Both the position numbers and the translations under genes were made by a program. Of a stretch of DNA of 64,000 bases, positions 26,206 through 39,917 are shown piece by piece. Every line of letters starts with the position of its first letter. The first letter of the stretch is position 1. Location: positions 496,001-560,000 of the forward strand of contig OX597823.1 of NCBI GenBank assembly GCA_951406725.2. Reading direction: 5' to 3'. Under the pieces are notes generated by a model. It saw nothing but the letters and a program-made list of their open reading frames with translations, had not been told where the DNA came from and did no database searches. This DNA is from Octopus vulgaris. Lineage: Eukaryota.

Positions 26206-27725
26206 AGGAAAGAGGGAGGGGGAGCAGGAGAAGGAAAGAGAGAGGAGAGAGACAGAAAGAAGGAGAGAGAGAGAGAAGGAAAGAGAGAGAAGGAAAAAGA
26301 GAGAAGGAGAGAGAGAGGAGAGAGAGAGAGTAGACTGATCATATTGGTGCATCTTCATCTTTAGAGAAACAGAAGAATGCTGCAACTCATTTGACTTTTG
26401 ATGCAGCCATTCCGGAAGAGAATCAATGAATTTGATTCCCTTTAATTAAGGCAGTGTTAAATGACTGAGTGAAAGAGAATATTGGTAAGGTGACACAAAT
26501 GCCAGGAAGACTTTGTTAAATACAAGAACTCTATTATTAGAATAATATTACACAGCTGCCTGCTGGCAAGATTCCAAACCAACAAACTTACCAATCATTT
26601 TACTTGTATTTTTTATTTATTTCTATGTAAAAACAAGTGACAATTGATATGACATCATTAAAAAAGCTGTTATTTTGGAAATAACCACAGATTACTTCAA
26701 ATACAAAACTTTGCTTTGGTTTATTTGGTTCTTTTTAATCTGACCATTTTAACATTCCAGTTCAGTTGGTTTCATAAGACTGAAAATTCAGGCATTTGTA
26801 TAATTGATAGTTTATAAGTGATTAATGCCAGGAAACTCCCTACCACACATCCTGATATCTAACTGATCAACCAAAAGTGCCATCTATTTCTTCAAAAGAA
26901 GTGACAAAGGCAAACAGACAATACCTCATCTCAACCAGAAACAGTAGAACCAAAAGACAAAGCTTCAAATAATAGTACCTGCCACCCCTTTGAAATCCAA
27001 TACTTCCATTTCATTTCAATATAGGCTTATACCAAAACCACTTCCTAGATTCTTACTTGAACCTAGACACTCAAAAATAGTGTGTAGTAAAAGGCATCAG
27101 GTAGAACCAACTTCATTATTCAATTTAGAATGAAAACATATCATTACCAAACCTGTGGCAGAAGCAGGGACTTATGATTTCAGAGTTTCTTCAATTGCAA
27201 AACTCATTAGCAACACTCGGTTCCACTAACTGATTATAAAGGATCAATTGTTAAAGTATACATCAATAAATAAGTCATACTTGATTCTAGATACTACTAC
27301 TACTACTACTAAGAAAAAAAGATCTTCCAGGGCAATCTTGTTACATAAAGGAATAACTAATGTGTATCAGCCATAATCAATATTAATAAACAAGCAAATG
27401 TACTAATTAACCCATTCTTGAAATTTGATGTCAGTAAATCTGGAAGCTGTAAAAGAAAGCCTTATCATCTTGCATCAAAATGTCTACCTTATGAATCCTA
27501 TTCTTTTACTGGCAGAGCAACAGCTTCTGTTACGTTTATATCTATTTTTGTATGTACCTCCACCACTTTCCTGACTGTATGCCTAGCTTCTACTAGACAA
27601 TGAAATGAGAAAGCATTCAACCACATTGTATAACTGGTACTGATGATATGAATACCAGAACGCAACACGTTTTTATGCCAGAATCAATAAGTGAAGAAGT
27701 ATGAGGATGAAGATAAAGAATTAAC

Positions 27726-27953
27726 CTGGGCTGGCAGTGATTGGTGGCCTCTGTGCAGGGGCTATTCAAATTACAGTAGGAAGAGCAACTAAAGTTCTCC
27801 TTCAAATCACATAGCTCCTTCATACCATTGTAATAATGAACCAACACATTGGCTAAAAGTTGTCCTAGATACACTGTACTTGAAAATATGATGTGATAAT
27901 TACTGCTGGGATACCTTCGATCAAAGATCTCCTGGACCAATGCTGACCCGTGG
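27726..27953 (-). other. Cluster of three candidate microexons: 27915-27953 (39 nt), 27826-27864 (39 nt), 27726-27761 (36 nt)
   Basis: Each is AG|...G|GT bounded (donors gtatcc, gtatga, gttaat) and open in phase 1: TGQHWSRRSLIE, GQLLANVLVHYYN, APAQRPPITASP. Confidence 0.25.
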
Positions 27954-28261
27954 CTAAACAACAGAAAGTCCTCATTTTATCCTTTAACACAAAAATAGGT
28001 GAAAAACAAAGATGAGCCAAGCAGAACATAAATGTTGGAACCTGACAAATACACAACTAGGAACTGTATGAAACTGTACATGAATGGGCTTCTTCTTCGC
28101 TATTACTGTGCCAAATACCTTGTGTTGAAATTAAATACAAACTGACAGGTAAAGTGCAAATATCTATCAGAGTAATGAAGTATGCCAAAGTCAGGATCTG
28201 AAGCAAAGTTATTGATCTCATGTAGAAACCAAGATCTCATCTATGTGAATGTGTGGTGGGT

Positions 28262-28307
<46 letters not shown>

Positions 28308-30056
28308 GAATAGAAGTCAAATCAGTCTGCTGAATAATTTCAAATAGTTGACTTAAATAGAGCTTGAAAAAGATTCCATCAAATAAGAATATCATCAGCT
28401 CCCCGCCACCCATGTTTGCCTCTTTTACATTTCACAGAGATTTATAACAACCCTAAACCATCATTCAAAGCGTCAGAGGAATCCAGAAAACAAGCCAACC
28501 ACCTGAGAAGCCGAGAGGGAAAGAGACAGTGGGGGAGGGGAAGACGGATGGAGAAAGGTGGGGAGTGGTGGGCAGAGAAAAACAAAATAAAAGAACCAAA
28601 ACACATACAAGATGAAGAGAAATATAAAAAAAATAGCTTTAAATTGATTAGAAATGTTCTACATATTTCAATATTGCAATCAGAAACTGCAGCAGCAGCA
28701 GTACCACCACCACCAGCACCACCACCAGCACCACCACTTAGTGGTTGGGTGAGGGTAGGGCTGATGGGGGAGGTGTGGTATAAAGGGTTACAATGGTAGA
28801 TTGTTGGTAAGAGCATTGATGGCAGCAAGAGTAAAGGATATTGGAGGTGACAGACTGAGAGAGCGAAAGATGAGAAATGGAGGGAAAGAGAGAGAGAGAG
28901 AGAAAGGAGAGTAAAACAAAAATTCTTTCCAATCCTTTTTTTTTCTTTTTGTGAGTGTGTTTTTGTTGTTGATGTTGTTATTGTCACCGATAATTGATTA
29001 AAAGTATTTTATTAAATGTAACTTAATATTTGGTGGCGGCGAGGGTTGACTATAAATGGTGACATAGGAGTAGAGATAGACTTTGGTAGTGGTGATGCTG
29101 ATGATAATATCGATATGCTACAGCGGCTGCTATTAGTGACGGTGGCGGCGGTGTTATGGTGATGTTAGTAAATGCTGGTGATCATAGAGTGAGACAATTG
29201 CCATTGTGGCTGCAGGGAATTCTATTTTAAATAATGTTCTAGTTATACTAACAAACATCTAAATCTTAAATTGCATGATATCGAAAGGTTTATTCACTGG
29301 ACACAGACATTAGTGTGATGATGTTTACAGTTTGACATAGAACAGAAGTGTGTAGAGTCCCATACTCGAATAATATGTACGTGCTTTTGAAGTTCCTAAA
29401 AGATCAGAACTTCAAAACCAAACTCTACTAGTGAACCAAACTAACATCAATACATTAATGCAAGCACCACTTGGATTGCTACTTTCAATTCACTGAGGAC
29501 CGTTGATATCCACTCAAATGCCAACATGAAATTCCAATTCCAATGCTACTGAATTCAGATCCACTGTAAATGTTTCATTGTACTCGTGTGATATTGCCTT
29601 AATATGAAATATTGTGACTATATTTTATAGAAAGCTAAAAATACTAGAAATGATGGTATGAATTAGGTTTTCGTTAGTAACATCATGTTATTTGTTGTAA
29701 GCATCTGAAAAGCTAATTTGTTGAAACTCTATCAAAATACTTTCCAGTTTTAATTTCTCTCTTGATACTGCATAGCTATGGACCTTAAGCGCATGTCTGA
29801 ATGAAGGTTATGTTAATTTGCCCAAATTGATCTTGGTAAACCTGCCTAGATGCTACTCATTACAGTGAGCCACTTTACAAATCAAAGTGGATATTTACAC
29901 TAAGACCCCAGTTTCATAGCTTCTGCCTTCAAGTAATGTTTGAGTAAGTTACCGTATCAAGTTCTAATCTTTCGATAACATGAAATGACTTAAAAGCAAC
30001 GAGTGTTTGGTTACATTTGACAATGTACTGAACATTGTTCACTATCTGAGAGAAGC

Positions 30057-31135
30057 ATCATCATCATCTGCTTTCCGTGCTGGCATGGGTTGGATGGTTT
30101 GACAAGAGTTAGTAAGCCAGAGGACAGCACCAGTTCTATTATCTGCTTTGGCATGGTTTCTGAGGCTGGATTCCCTTCCCGCAAAATGTACTGGGTGCTT
30201 CTTACATAACACCAGCACTGGCAGGGTCACCAAGTAACTTGCAAGATAAGGACCCACCCCCTCAACTGGAAGGGGGGAATGGCATTGAGAGAGGTCACTG
30301 TGTACCAGGTGATGAGAATTTACAAAATAATAGAAGGATAGAAATAAGTGTCTTGATGTAGAAGAGGCACATGGCTACCCCAGTCAAAAACGAAAGAAGA
30401 CAGAGAAAGAGAAAGGAGGGAAAGAGAGATGGTGATGTGTTGAGATATAACCCCAAGGTACAGCTGGGACTGAATATAAATAGTACAGATGACTGGACAG
30501 GGTGAGTCAGTAAAGAGGGATAGAGGGGTAATTCTCATAAGAGTGAAAAGAGAGATGATTAGAGATGGAGTAGAGATGATTGTAGCAGGTGATGGTTCAA
30601 AGGGAGTTATGGGAGATAAGTGAGCACATTTTGATTGATAGCAGATAAAGAGGAGTTAAGGATGGAATATATAGGAGAAGGGAGAGAGAGGTGATTTGGG
30701 CAGGGAAGATGAGAAACGAAAGAAGTTGTTCCGAGGGAGGGGGAGGAGGAAGGTAATGAGAAGTGGGGTGGGGGGAATGTGATGTGTGCCGATTCTACTC
30801 TTGGAAAAGTGCCACAGACAGAGAAGTGATGAGTGTTAGGGGATGAGATGTAAGGGAAATGCAAACATTACCAAGGTAGTTTTTATGATATCATTTCTGC
30901 TGTGGTAGACAGGTCTTCTTGAGTACAACAAAATGCCAATCATCTTGGTCCTTTGTCACCTCCTCCATAAGGCTCAGTATATTGAGACCAGCCTTCATCC
31001 CATGTCTTCCTGGGAGACATGGGATGAAGTTTAATCCACTTTAAGTGATTGGCACTTCTTTATGCAATAAGACATCATATGACGAAACCGGTGCACTTTT
31101 CGCTCTTGCACATGCCTAACTTTTCTTAAGCATGG
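30057..31135 (-). mobile_element. RTE 3' part with long pyrimidine-rich 3' UTR
   Basis: RT C-terminal remnant at 30900-31135 (ccatgtcttcctggg), purine-rich plus-strand spacer at 30280-30870, tail at 30057-30240. Confidence 0.75.
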
Positions 31136-34109
31136 AAAAGAGTGTAAAGTTGATCAAATCAACATCAGTTTCTTACAAATCTCTACCATACAGCAGTAAT
31201 TTGTCTTTACTTTCTACACTTCTTACAAAGGACAGAAACACTTAAATATTAGTTTGCAAATAGAATTGAGGATAATTACAACCGATGCTAGTATGGAAAA
31301 CGGACGTTAAACAATGATATAACTTTGATAGGTTTCAGCCAGTACAGGCCCATGCAGCACCATCTGGTGGTGATATTCATGCATTACCAACTGGAAAATT
31401 AAATTGGGATATTATCAAGATATTGTCTTTAAAACTGTTGTTACAACACAGAACGGAAGTTAACTGAAGGCCAGGCAAATAATTAACAATACAGATAACT
31501 AAAGCTTACAAGTTAAAACTTTACCATCAGACCATACCAAATTATCATCAAATCTGTGCATCAATACTTAAAAATTGGAGTTGGGTTGGGTAAAATTAGC
31601 AGAGAGGATCCTTGATAAAGAATATAAGAGATGATAATCTGCTCTGAGAGGGAATCAACATTTCCAACTGGCAGATTTTTTAGCAAAACGGTATACTTGA
31701 AATACAATTGAACTAGTAGTAGTTAATGGTGAGGGCCAACTAATAGAACAAGAGGAAACAGAAATTATTTTTATGTGACTAAAAACCCATTTTTAAAAAA
31801 CTCTGAAAAAGTAATTGAAGTGATATAATGTTGGAAGAAATGGAGGAATTGATTTTGAAAATAAGAAAAATCTTAAGTATCAACTCATTATTGTGGATGA
31901 GTAAGTGTGACATGTAGCTTTAAGGTAATTTCGACACAAAAACAACAATTTGAAAGGAATATGTATCTACTTCAGAGACTGATGGTCATTTTATATAGTG
32001 AGCTAGGGTTGTATAGTGCAGTCAGTTTATATACACAAGTTATGATTGGGAGAATGGCTAGAGAGCAGATACTCATTCACTCAGAAAACGCAACAACATT
32101 GAATTATCGAATCCATTCAAGCCATGCACATCAACATAAAATGAATATTAAATCAATGATGAGGAAGAGGAAGAGGAAAGATAAATAAATCTGGAACACA
32201 CAAATTGTACTGAGTTTGGATGTCTACAGTTGTGCCATAAAGTTAAGTCAGCAGCCAGAACTGATAAGAAATCCATATCAAACAGATGTCCAATGGGAGA
32301 CATCCATATGGTTCTTTTACCTGAAGCCACCATATCTGGGAAAGAGCAACCGCTTCCCCATGGTTTGATAGCAATTGATTTTAGGAAGATGTATATCCAG
32401 CTGCACACACATGCAAGTGAATTGCCACAAAGGAATAATAAAATAGAAATATATGTAAATTGAAAGAGACCCAAACTAATGAAACCATAGAATAAATGTA
32501 TAGAGAGACAAACGCAAAGAAAAGAAATGCAAGAGGTTGAGATAATGGATGTACCCAGATAAAAAAATATGGTTTAATTCACCAAGACACGAATGAATAT
32601 CTACAACACACACACACATACATAAATCAGTATTCACAAATCCACAAGCAAACATCCATCTTTAAAATCCACCCAATCTGCCTAAACTCAATGTCCTCTC
32701 CAACCTGTATGTTACTCCAGCTCTCCATAAACAATGTCCATTTGGATGAAGAAGCAACTGATGATGATATTGCCAAAGGACACTGATAAGTCATTAGTTT
32801 CCAGTGATACCAGATACGGAGCTGCAACTCCTTTTCAGCTCTCAATAATCTCAGCGCATCATTCACTAAAAAAGCTTTTTACAAGCCATCATGCCATCAA
32901 AAACAACAACCATTTGTCATGTTTACATTCATCTTATTTCAGTTCTGCTGCATCTCTATTTCAGTTGCTATCCTCTTCTTCCTCCTTACTAGTCTCTCTC
33001 TCTATTTATACAGACTTCCTGTCTCTCCTCCTACCCTTCCCCCATCACTTTGCAACATAACTGATATGGAAGTGGACATTTCTTTTTGTTTTGGCATTTA
33101 CTTATTTATCCCAGAATATCTTTGTTTATTTGTTGCATTAAAAGCACCTGTCGATTAACAAGATAAACTGAGTGTGTGCGTGTGTGTGTGTGTTACATGT
33201 AGCTGTTTTAAATACGTTATATGAGAGTATACTGGATGGGGGTGGACTACAAGAGAGCTTTGTATGATAGGAGGAGGAGGAGGAGGAGTGATGAGCGCAC
33301 TTTTGTGTTTATGCATGTGTACCAGATAAAGTGAACAGAGAAATAGTTATGTCTATTAATCACTGGTGTTGCATATGACATGAGAAGCACGTAAATGCAA
33401 GTGTGAATCATTGCTGCTGCTGCTGCTGCTGCTGCTGCCACCATGCAACCTTCACTGCTTTCCAAGCAAAGTCATCAGACACAATGATTTGACCTTCCTC
33501 ACACAGATCTGGCCTACATTTCACATTGACAACAGTCCATTCTATTCATCTCTCTCTCACACACACACTCTCTATTTTAAATGGAAACTAATCTTAATAA
33601 TTGTTCAGAGAAGAGTTAATGGGAATAGGTGTGAGCTGGTTACGGCTTGCCTAAAAGGTGTTTGTAAATAGATTTGAAACTCTGAATAGATGACAATCTG
33701 CCAGAGATTTGATTCTCAAAAAATTTCACTTCTTTTCCTTAATAAATGACAAATGCAACAAAGTACAAATCCTCAAAGCACTAACAACACAAAACAAATA
33801 TCAAGCTACGAAAAGTACAGGTTGTTGCAAAAAGTCATATCCTCAAAAAATGCTTGTAGCATGATACCAGTTAATGACGACAATCATGATGATGATGATG
33901 AACTAACTATAAACTTACTGCAGATACAAAAGTGAACGCATCAGACAGAATATGAACTACCTTTTAAATGGAAAATCTGAAAGCAAATCAGGCAGAGTTT
34001 GATTCTAAGTTGATTGTTTGTAGGTCTGTGGTTGTAGAGTGTAGGACAAAAGCCCCTCAGACAAAACCCCCATAGTTAAAGTGTGAAAGTGGACGAAACC
34101 TCCTCAGTT

Positions 34110-34520
34110 ATATTTTTCAGTCATTAGACTGTGGCCAAGATGGGGGTACCGTCTTGAAGAATGTTTAGTTGAACATCGACCCCAGGGTGTTTTTTTTCTC
34201 TTTTTACTTGTTTCAGTCATTAGACTACAGCCATGCTGGGGCCCTGCCTTGAAGAATTTTTAGTCAAATGTATCAATGCTCAAACTCTTTTTTTTTCCTT
34301 TTTCCTTGTTGCAGTTTATTAGACTACGGTCATGTTGGGACACCACCTTGAAGAATTTTTAGATGACTGTATGGAACCCAGAATATTTTGAAAGTCTGGT
34401 CAAAACCACCTCTGTGATATATTTTATCCCCTGCCTCCTTTGGTCTTGTTAAAAAATTAGACTGTGGCAATGCGGGGGAACTTCCTTGAAGAATTTTAAG
34501 TGGAATGTATCGACCCAAAA
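34110..34520 (-). repeat. Tandem array (~4 units) of SINE/LINE 3'-end module
   Basis: cagtcattagactgtggcc...tgggg...ccttgaagaattttt...atcgaccc recurs at about 34118, 34214, 34311 and 34455. Confidence 0.75.
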
Positions 34521-35159
34521 ATTATTTTAGGCGACTTTCAACCAATGCATGAACTTAAACCTAGGTCTTTCCATATGCTAGAAGTAACAGCCAAATCCTA
34601 CAAATTTTTTTTAATAATTTCACATAAGCGGAAATGGAAATCACGATTGTAAAAATACTTTTATTTTCCAAAATTTTACTTTTTAAGTAAACAAAAATAT
34701 ATTCAATTAAAAATAGAATAACAGAACACAAGACTCTTTGCTACTCAATGTACACTTTATCTAAATTCTAACAAAAGGGAAAGCATTTACTTCAAGAAAT
34801 GTGTAGAAAGATATAAATGATAAATATATTTGAAAAACTAGCCTTTCGTACCATAATTCTGTCCGACCTTCAACGGCCAGAGAAAGTTCAAAAGGTCAGC
34901 TCATTCTCATTAATCTCTAAGTGCAGAGAGAAGAAGACAAGACTTTCAATTTAAATTCTAAAATGCTGATTTTTCTGCGGCTAAAAAGTGTTGTATGCCC
35001 TGGCATGGCCACAGTCCAATGACTGAAACAAGAATTAAAATTCTGGGTTTGTTTTATATCCTAATTGTTGCCTCTCTCTTAGGTAGTATTGTTCGTTGCA
35101 CACAAGCACTCATGTTTTTTGCTCAAACAGACTTTAGTGCAATTTTTTAACCCCAAGGA

Positions 35160-35525
35160 GACATCTCCCCTAGCTGGTTAACACTGCACAGCTGCATCCG
35201 ATACAGTGTGAGCAGGAGAATTGAACTCCTACCACATTCTAGCAACGGGACCAACACACAGTAATTCGAACAACTACCATTACGGCAACTTACGGGTCCA
35301 GTGCAAGTCCAACGTGGAACTAACACAACATGCTCTCAACGACTCCTACTGATCTCTTGTCACAACCAATACACTACTCTTTATAAGAGTTTGGCTAGTC
35401 CATTCTTCCAATCCCCCAGGGGTGTCAATGACTCTCACCACAACAGGTTAAGACATTCAACAAAAAATTCCTCAAGGTGGTGCCCCAGCATGGCCACAGT
35501 CCAATGACTGAAACAAGTGAAAAAA
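35160..35525 (+). mobile_element. 3' end of a non-LTR element sharing the SINE 3' tail
   Basis: Non-SINE body ending aaggtggtgccccagcatggccacagtccaatgactgaaacaagtgaaaaaaa. A short copy of the tail is at 35000-35035. Confidence 0.5.
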
Positions 35526-35915
35526 AGTTTAGAAAATAAAAAAAAAACACAAAATAACTAAATATATAACTGGGGTGAGGGGGATCTGCTTTCCCACTTT
35601 AACTAAGGGGAATTTGTCTGAGGTGGATATTGCCAGATCTCATGGTTATATGCAACTGAAACAGGCTTGTACTGTACAGAAATCAAGGGATCTGTTCACA
35701 AATAAATGTTGTGGCAACATTGCCATGGTAGAATGGTGTCAGCACATACCACTAAGGATTCCTGCACCAAGACTAACATGAGAACCTCAAATTAGCCAGA
35801 CAAAACCTGATTGAAAAAAGCTGCTATTACTGCTGCTATTCACTAAGTTCCAAGTTCAAATTCTACCAAGTTGATTTTATCACCAGTACCCTTCTTCAAA
35901 ATTGGTGGCCTTCTA

Positions 35916-36180
35916 CATCATCATCATCATCATCATTTAGCATCCGTTGTCTATGCTGGCATGGGTTGGATGGGTTGACCAGGGCTGGCACGCTGGAAGG
36001 CTGTACCAAACTCCAGTGTGATTTGGCATGGTTTCTATGGCTGGATGCCCTTCCTAATCCCAACCACTTTGAGAGTGTAATGGGTGGTTTTACATGTCAC
36101 CGGCACAGGTGCCATTTGTGTGACACTGGTATCTGCAACAACTGCAATTTTACTTGGCTTGATGGGTCTTCTACATATGA
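35916..36180 (-). mobile_element. RTE 3' tail fragment
   Basis: (CAT)n plus the reverse complement of the RTE tail. Confidence 0.85.
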
Positions 36181-36460
36181 CAGAAATACTGGCATTTTAC
36201 ACACAATGGTCTCTGTGGTGAAGTTGATGAAATTTGTACAACACGCATCCCTTACATACATGCATTTATCTTTGAGAGGCAAAATCCCATCACAATATCT
36301 TCCCTTCATGAAAAACAGTCATTTTTAGATGTTCTGATTCCTAAAAATGATAACAATATGAAAAGGAGATGAAGTCGAAGTTTAAATCTTTGGTGAATGA
36401 AGTTTACAGCAAATCTGATTATCAATCACGGTGATTTAAATTTATGACAAATAAATACAT

Positions 36461-36680
36461 TTAACCTTTTAGTAATTAAACTGGGCATATCAGGCCTAAA
36501 TGTTTGACCTGTTTTATGCTTTAACTGACCAAATCCAGCCTCCCACAGCTATCATGGCATTCCTAAGATAAACAATTACAACATCAAAATGTCAAAGCTT
36601 CAAGATGATAGCTGATAAATTCAAAACAATGTAAATAAATAAGCATCACGTTCAACGGAGCAATCTGAGCGTTAAAGGGA
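36461..36680. mobile_element. Possible piggyBac-like MITE
   Basis: Starts ttaaccttttag and ends cgttaaaggg, decayed TTAA/CCC-type termini. The right TTAA is not intact. Confidence 0.4.
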
Positions 36681-38619
36681 GCAGCAAGCCATGGCCATCC
36701 CACTTGATTCCTATTATTTCTTCTCAACAATAGAATGCCTTGCAGGATTTGTTCAAAACAAATTGTTCTGACTCTCAAATCTTGCCAAAGTCACCTTTGT
36801 CTTTCCTTTTTCTAAGGGTCAACAGAGTACCAGTCAACTACTGGGATCGATTCGTCTCTTACTCTCTGAATCAGCTACCTTGTGCTATGATGCCCAGAGT
36901 TAGGGATGCTAGATGTTCCTTTTTTTCAAGAAATGGCAGAGCCAGGGGCTAGCAACATCTCAGAGAAAATCTTGGTATGCTGCGGAATCATCCAAAACTA
37001 GATCAGTGAGAAGTATTGTACAGAACAGAAAATAAACAATGGTCATTCTTGCCAAGTCACTTGACTAACCAATATTCACCTCTCTTCTTTTTTTAGAAAA
37101 ATAAAATCTCAGTTATTGTAAGAGTATATATCACACAATCTGCCCCTTTCACCCTAATAATTTCTTTATAAGAACAAAGCCAGAGCAAATGTATTCTATA
37201 GCTTATCCTTCGGGTTCAATACTAACAATGACTTCTATGTTTGGATCACTTCCTCAATTCCACGGGTATTTATCTGACTGACCTCCAGTGAATGAAGAGT
37301 AACATCAACCTCATGGCAATCTGAACTTATAGACAAAGATGGAACTCAACACCAGAGAATATTTTATCTGCCACTGTCAACTCTGTTAGTCACCATGGTA
37401 ACACTGATTTCTTACATGTTTCGACTGTAGCCTGTTGGTGATCATAAAATTTGGCACAAAAGAAGTACAAGATGAGCAAGACCTACCCAGTCATTATAGG
37501 TAGGAACTTTACTATCACTGCTACACACAAGTTGGTGTTGCTGCTACACACACACACACACACATTTCACTCGTCCACATGCTAACAACCACTAACCTAT
37601 ATGTGTGGATTCTTTAATCTATCTCAGTTATCACAAATCCAACAGCTTCTGCTTGAACTTTTTCCTAATCCATTCTTGCCAGAAGTCTTCTTGCTCACAT
37701 TTTTGCGTACAGCTGAACCGAGTGAAATGGTCAGCAAAGTTGATAGCAGTACCTTAACTAAATAATGTTTTTCCCCATTAAACTAAGTTTTAAAAGAGTC
37801 ACTCTGTAAAATTTACATAAAGGAAAATAAAAAAAAATATGAAATTCAATATTTTTCTAATGCTTTGAGCAGACTAAAAGTTCCAAAGGTAAATCAAAAC
37901 CATTTTATAGAAATAACAACACAAAACCCAGTCATATATTCATAAGAGAAATCTTCCATGATGACTTACTGTTGTTGTTGTTCCTATATTTCTGCCTTGC
38001 TTTGACCCCATTAACAAACTTGTTCAATGAAACCATCATAGGACATAGGGGTTAGAAACAAAATAGAAATCATCTCCTGTATATGGATTACTTAAAAAAA
38101 AAAAATTCACAAAGAATAATAACTATAATTTAGAAAACCTTCCAAAAAATTGTCCATACTTTTCACCAAAGACATCAGATTCAACAAATGTGCCAAAGCA
38201 AAATTAAGAAGAGCGAAATTAACCAACGCTAGTAATGTTACACAAAGCATGGTCAGTGAAATTAACAAATTACATCATAACCACCCATACAAATACATAG
38301 AAATAGATGAAACAGAAGAAAAATATCAGAAAAAATACAAAAGAAAATTAGGAAAGAATACTATAAAAGACTTAGATTATTATTGGTTTCAAATTTTGGC
38401 ACAGGGCCAGCAATTTCAGGGGAGTGGGTACATTGATTGCAAAGCTCAATGGTATTTCTTTAATCAACCCCAAAAGGATGAAAGGCAAAGCCAACCACAG
38501 AGGAATTTGAACTCAGACATAAAGACAAATGATATGCTGCTAAGCATTTTGCTCAGTGTGCTAACAACTCTGCCAGCTCGCTGCCTTTTAAATTAAAAAA
38601 TGAACTCAATGCTAAAAAA

Positions 38620-39010
38620 TAACCTTAGAAACAATAACTCTGAGCACCTTTTCAAACTCCACCCGTCTAACACCCGTGGACATATTTACAAAGTCAGAAA
38701 ACAGCACAGCTCCCATGACTTTAGGAAACATTTTTTCACGCTGCGAGTTGCTGAAGCATGGAACAAACTGCCGGCATCGGTTGTTAGTTGTCGGAGCACT
38801 GCATCCTTCAAAACTTCCATGCTTCCTGAGATTCGCCAACACTACACCTGATTTCCTCCCCTCCATACACACACAAGCATGTATCTGACTCATACATTGT
38901 TCGCTTTCCAGACATTTGTACATTACTGCATATACTTTATACGCACTTTCTGACAAGTTGTGGAGCACCTGAGCATTGTATACAATAATTTCATTATTTA
39001 ATTATTTTAT
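38620..39010 (+). mobile_element. 5'-truncated CR1 fragment related to 53310-56402
   Basis: NNSEHLFKLHPSNTRGHIYKVRKQHSSHDFRKHFFTLRVAEAWNKLP, followed by a 3' UTR and (ATT)n. Confidence 0.9.
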
Positions 39011-39541
39011 TTAGATAAGATATCAGGGATAAATACACCAGCCATACCAGTCATAAAGTACATTTTCAATATAATAAAATGAAACTTGAGTGAATTGAAA
39101 AACTTTAGAAAAACCAGGAAAATACAGACAGTATACCAAATGAGATATAGACAGAATCTACCTACCCTGTACACAAGAAAGACATGGCCTAACAGAAATA
39201 CTTAGAAACAAAGAATGGAAGGTTTATAAATGTAATAAAGAAACTTGAAAAGAACAAAAAATGCTCTTCTCTAGACACAAGGAAATGATAGGATACAAAG
39301 TGGAAATAGACTGAAACAATGAATTTAGATAACACAACAAACAATATGAAGATAAACTATGAAACTTGAAGGAAAACTACTCGGTGGCCAATACCCTGCA
39401 AGGCAGACAGAGAAGAAGTAAAGCAAAGGGGAAAAAACAGACATGACTCAAAAGCAGGAATAGATAAAGTGATCTTTGCTGCATAAGACCAATGTCTGGC
39501 AGAGACAAGTATAAGTCTAAAATCATGACAATGAATCCTCA

Positions 39542-39917
39542 TCTCTCTCTATATATAAACGGCAGTTTGTCTGTGCGTTTTCTGTGTGTCTGTTTTCTCG
39601 TACCCTCACTCTGACCACGGCTTTCAACCGATTCTGATGAAACTTGACACACACATAGCCCAATGTCATAATTCAAAACTAACGCAGCGAAAATTTTGAA
39701 AAGTTCCCCCAGTTCTGAAAAAAATCGATAAATTCGACATGGGGTCGAGAATCAGAAACCCAAAGCACAGACCGTCTAGGGGACGCAACTCCACCTTTTT
39801 TAACTCTCAAAAAAAAATTTACCATCATTTTTTTCCCATTTTTTTGCTATAACTCTCTAAAAATGCTTTATAGTTATTTCCCTTACAAACCTGAGCAACG
39901 CCGGGCGATACTGCTAG
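39542..39917 (+). mobile_element. Non-autonomous Helitron
   Basis: 5' TC (a|tctctctctatatataaa), 3' ...gagcaacgccgggcgatactgCTAG|t. Inserted between A and T with no TSD. Confidence 0.85.

Noticed and set aside
28416-28987. Long ORFs (127 and 181 aa) and similar ORFs at 17394, 18777, 21136, 50247, 63576
   Set aside because: They are open only because of low-complexity or microsatellite sequence and show no domain motifs.
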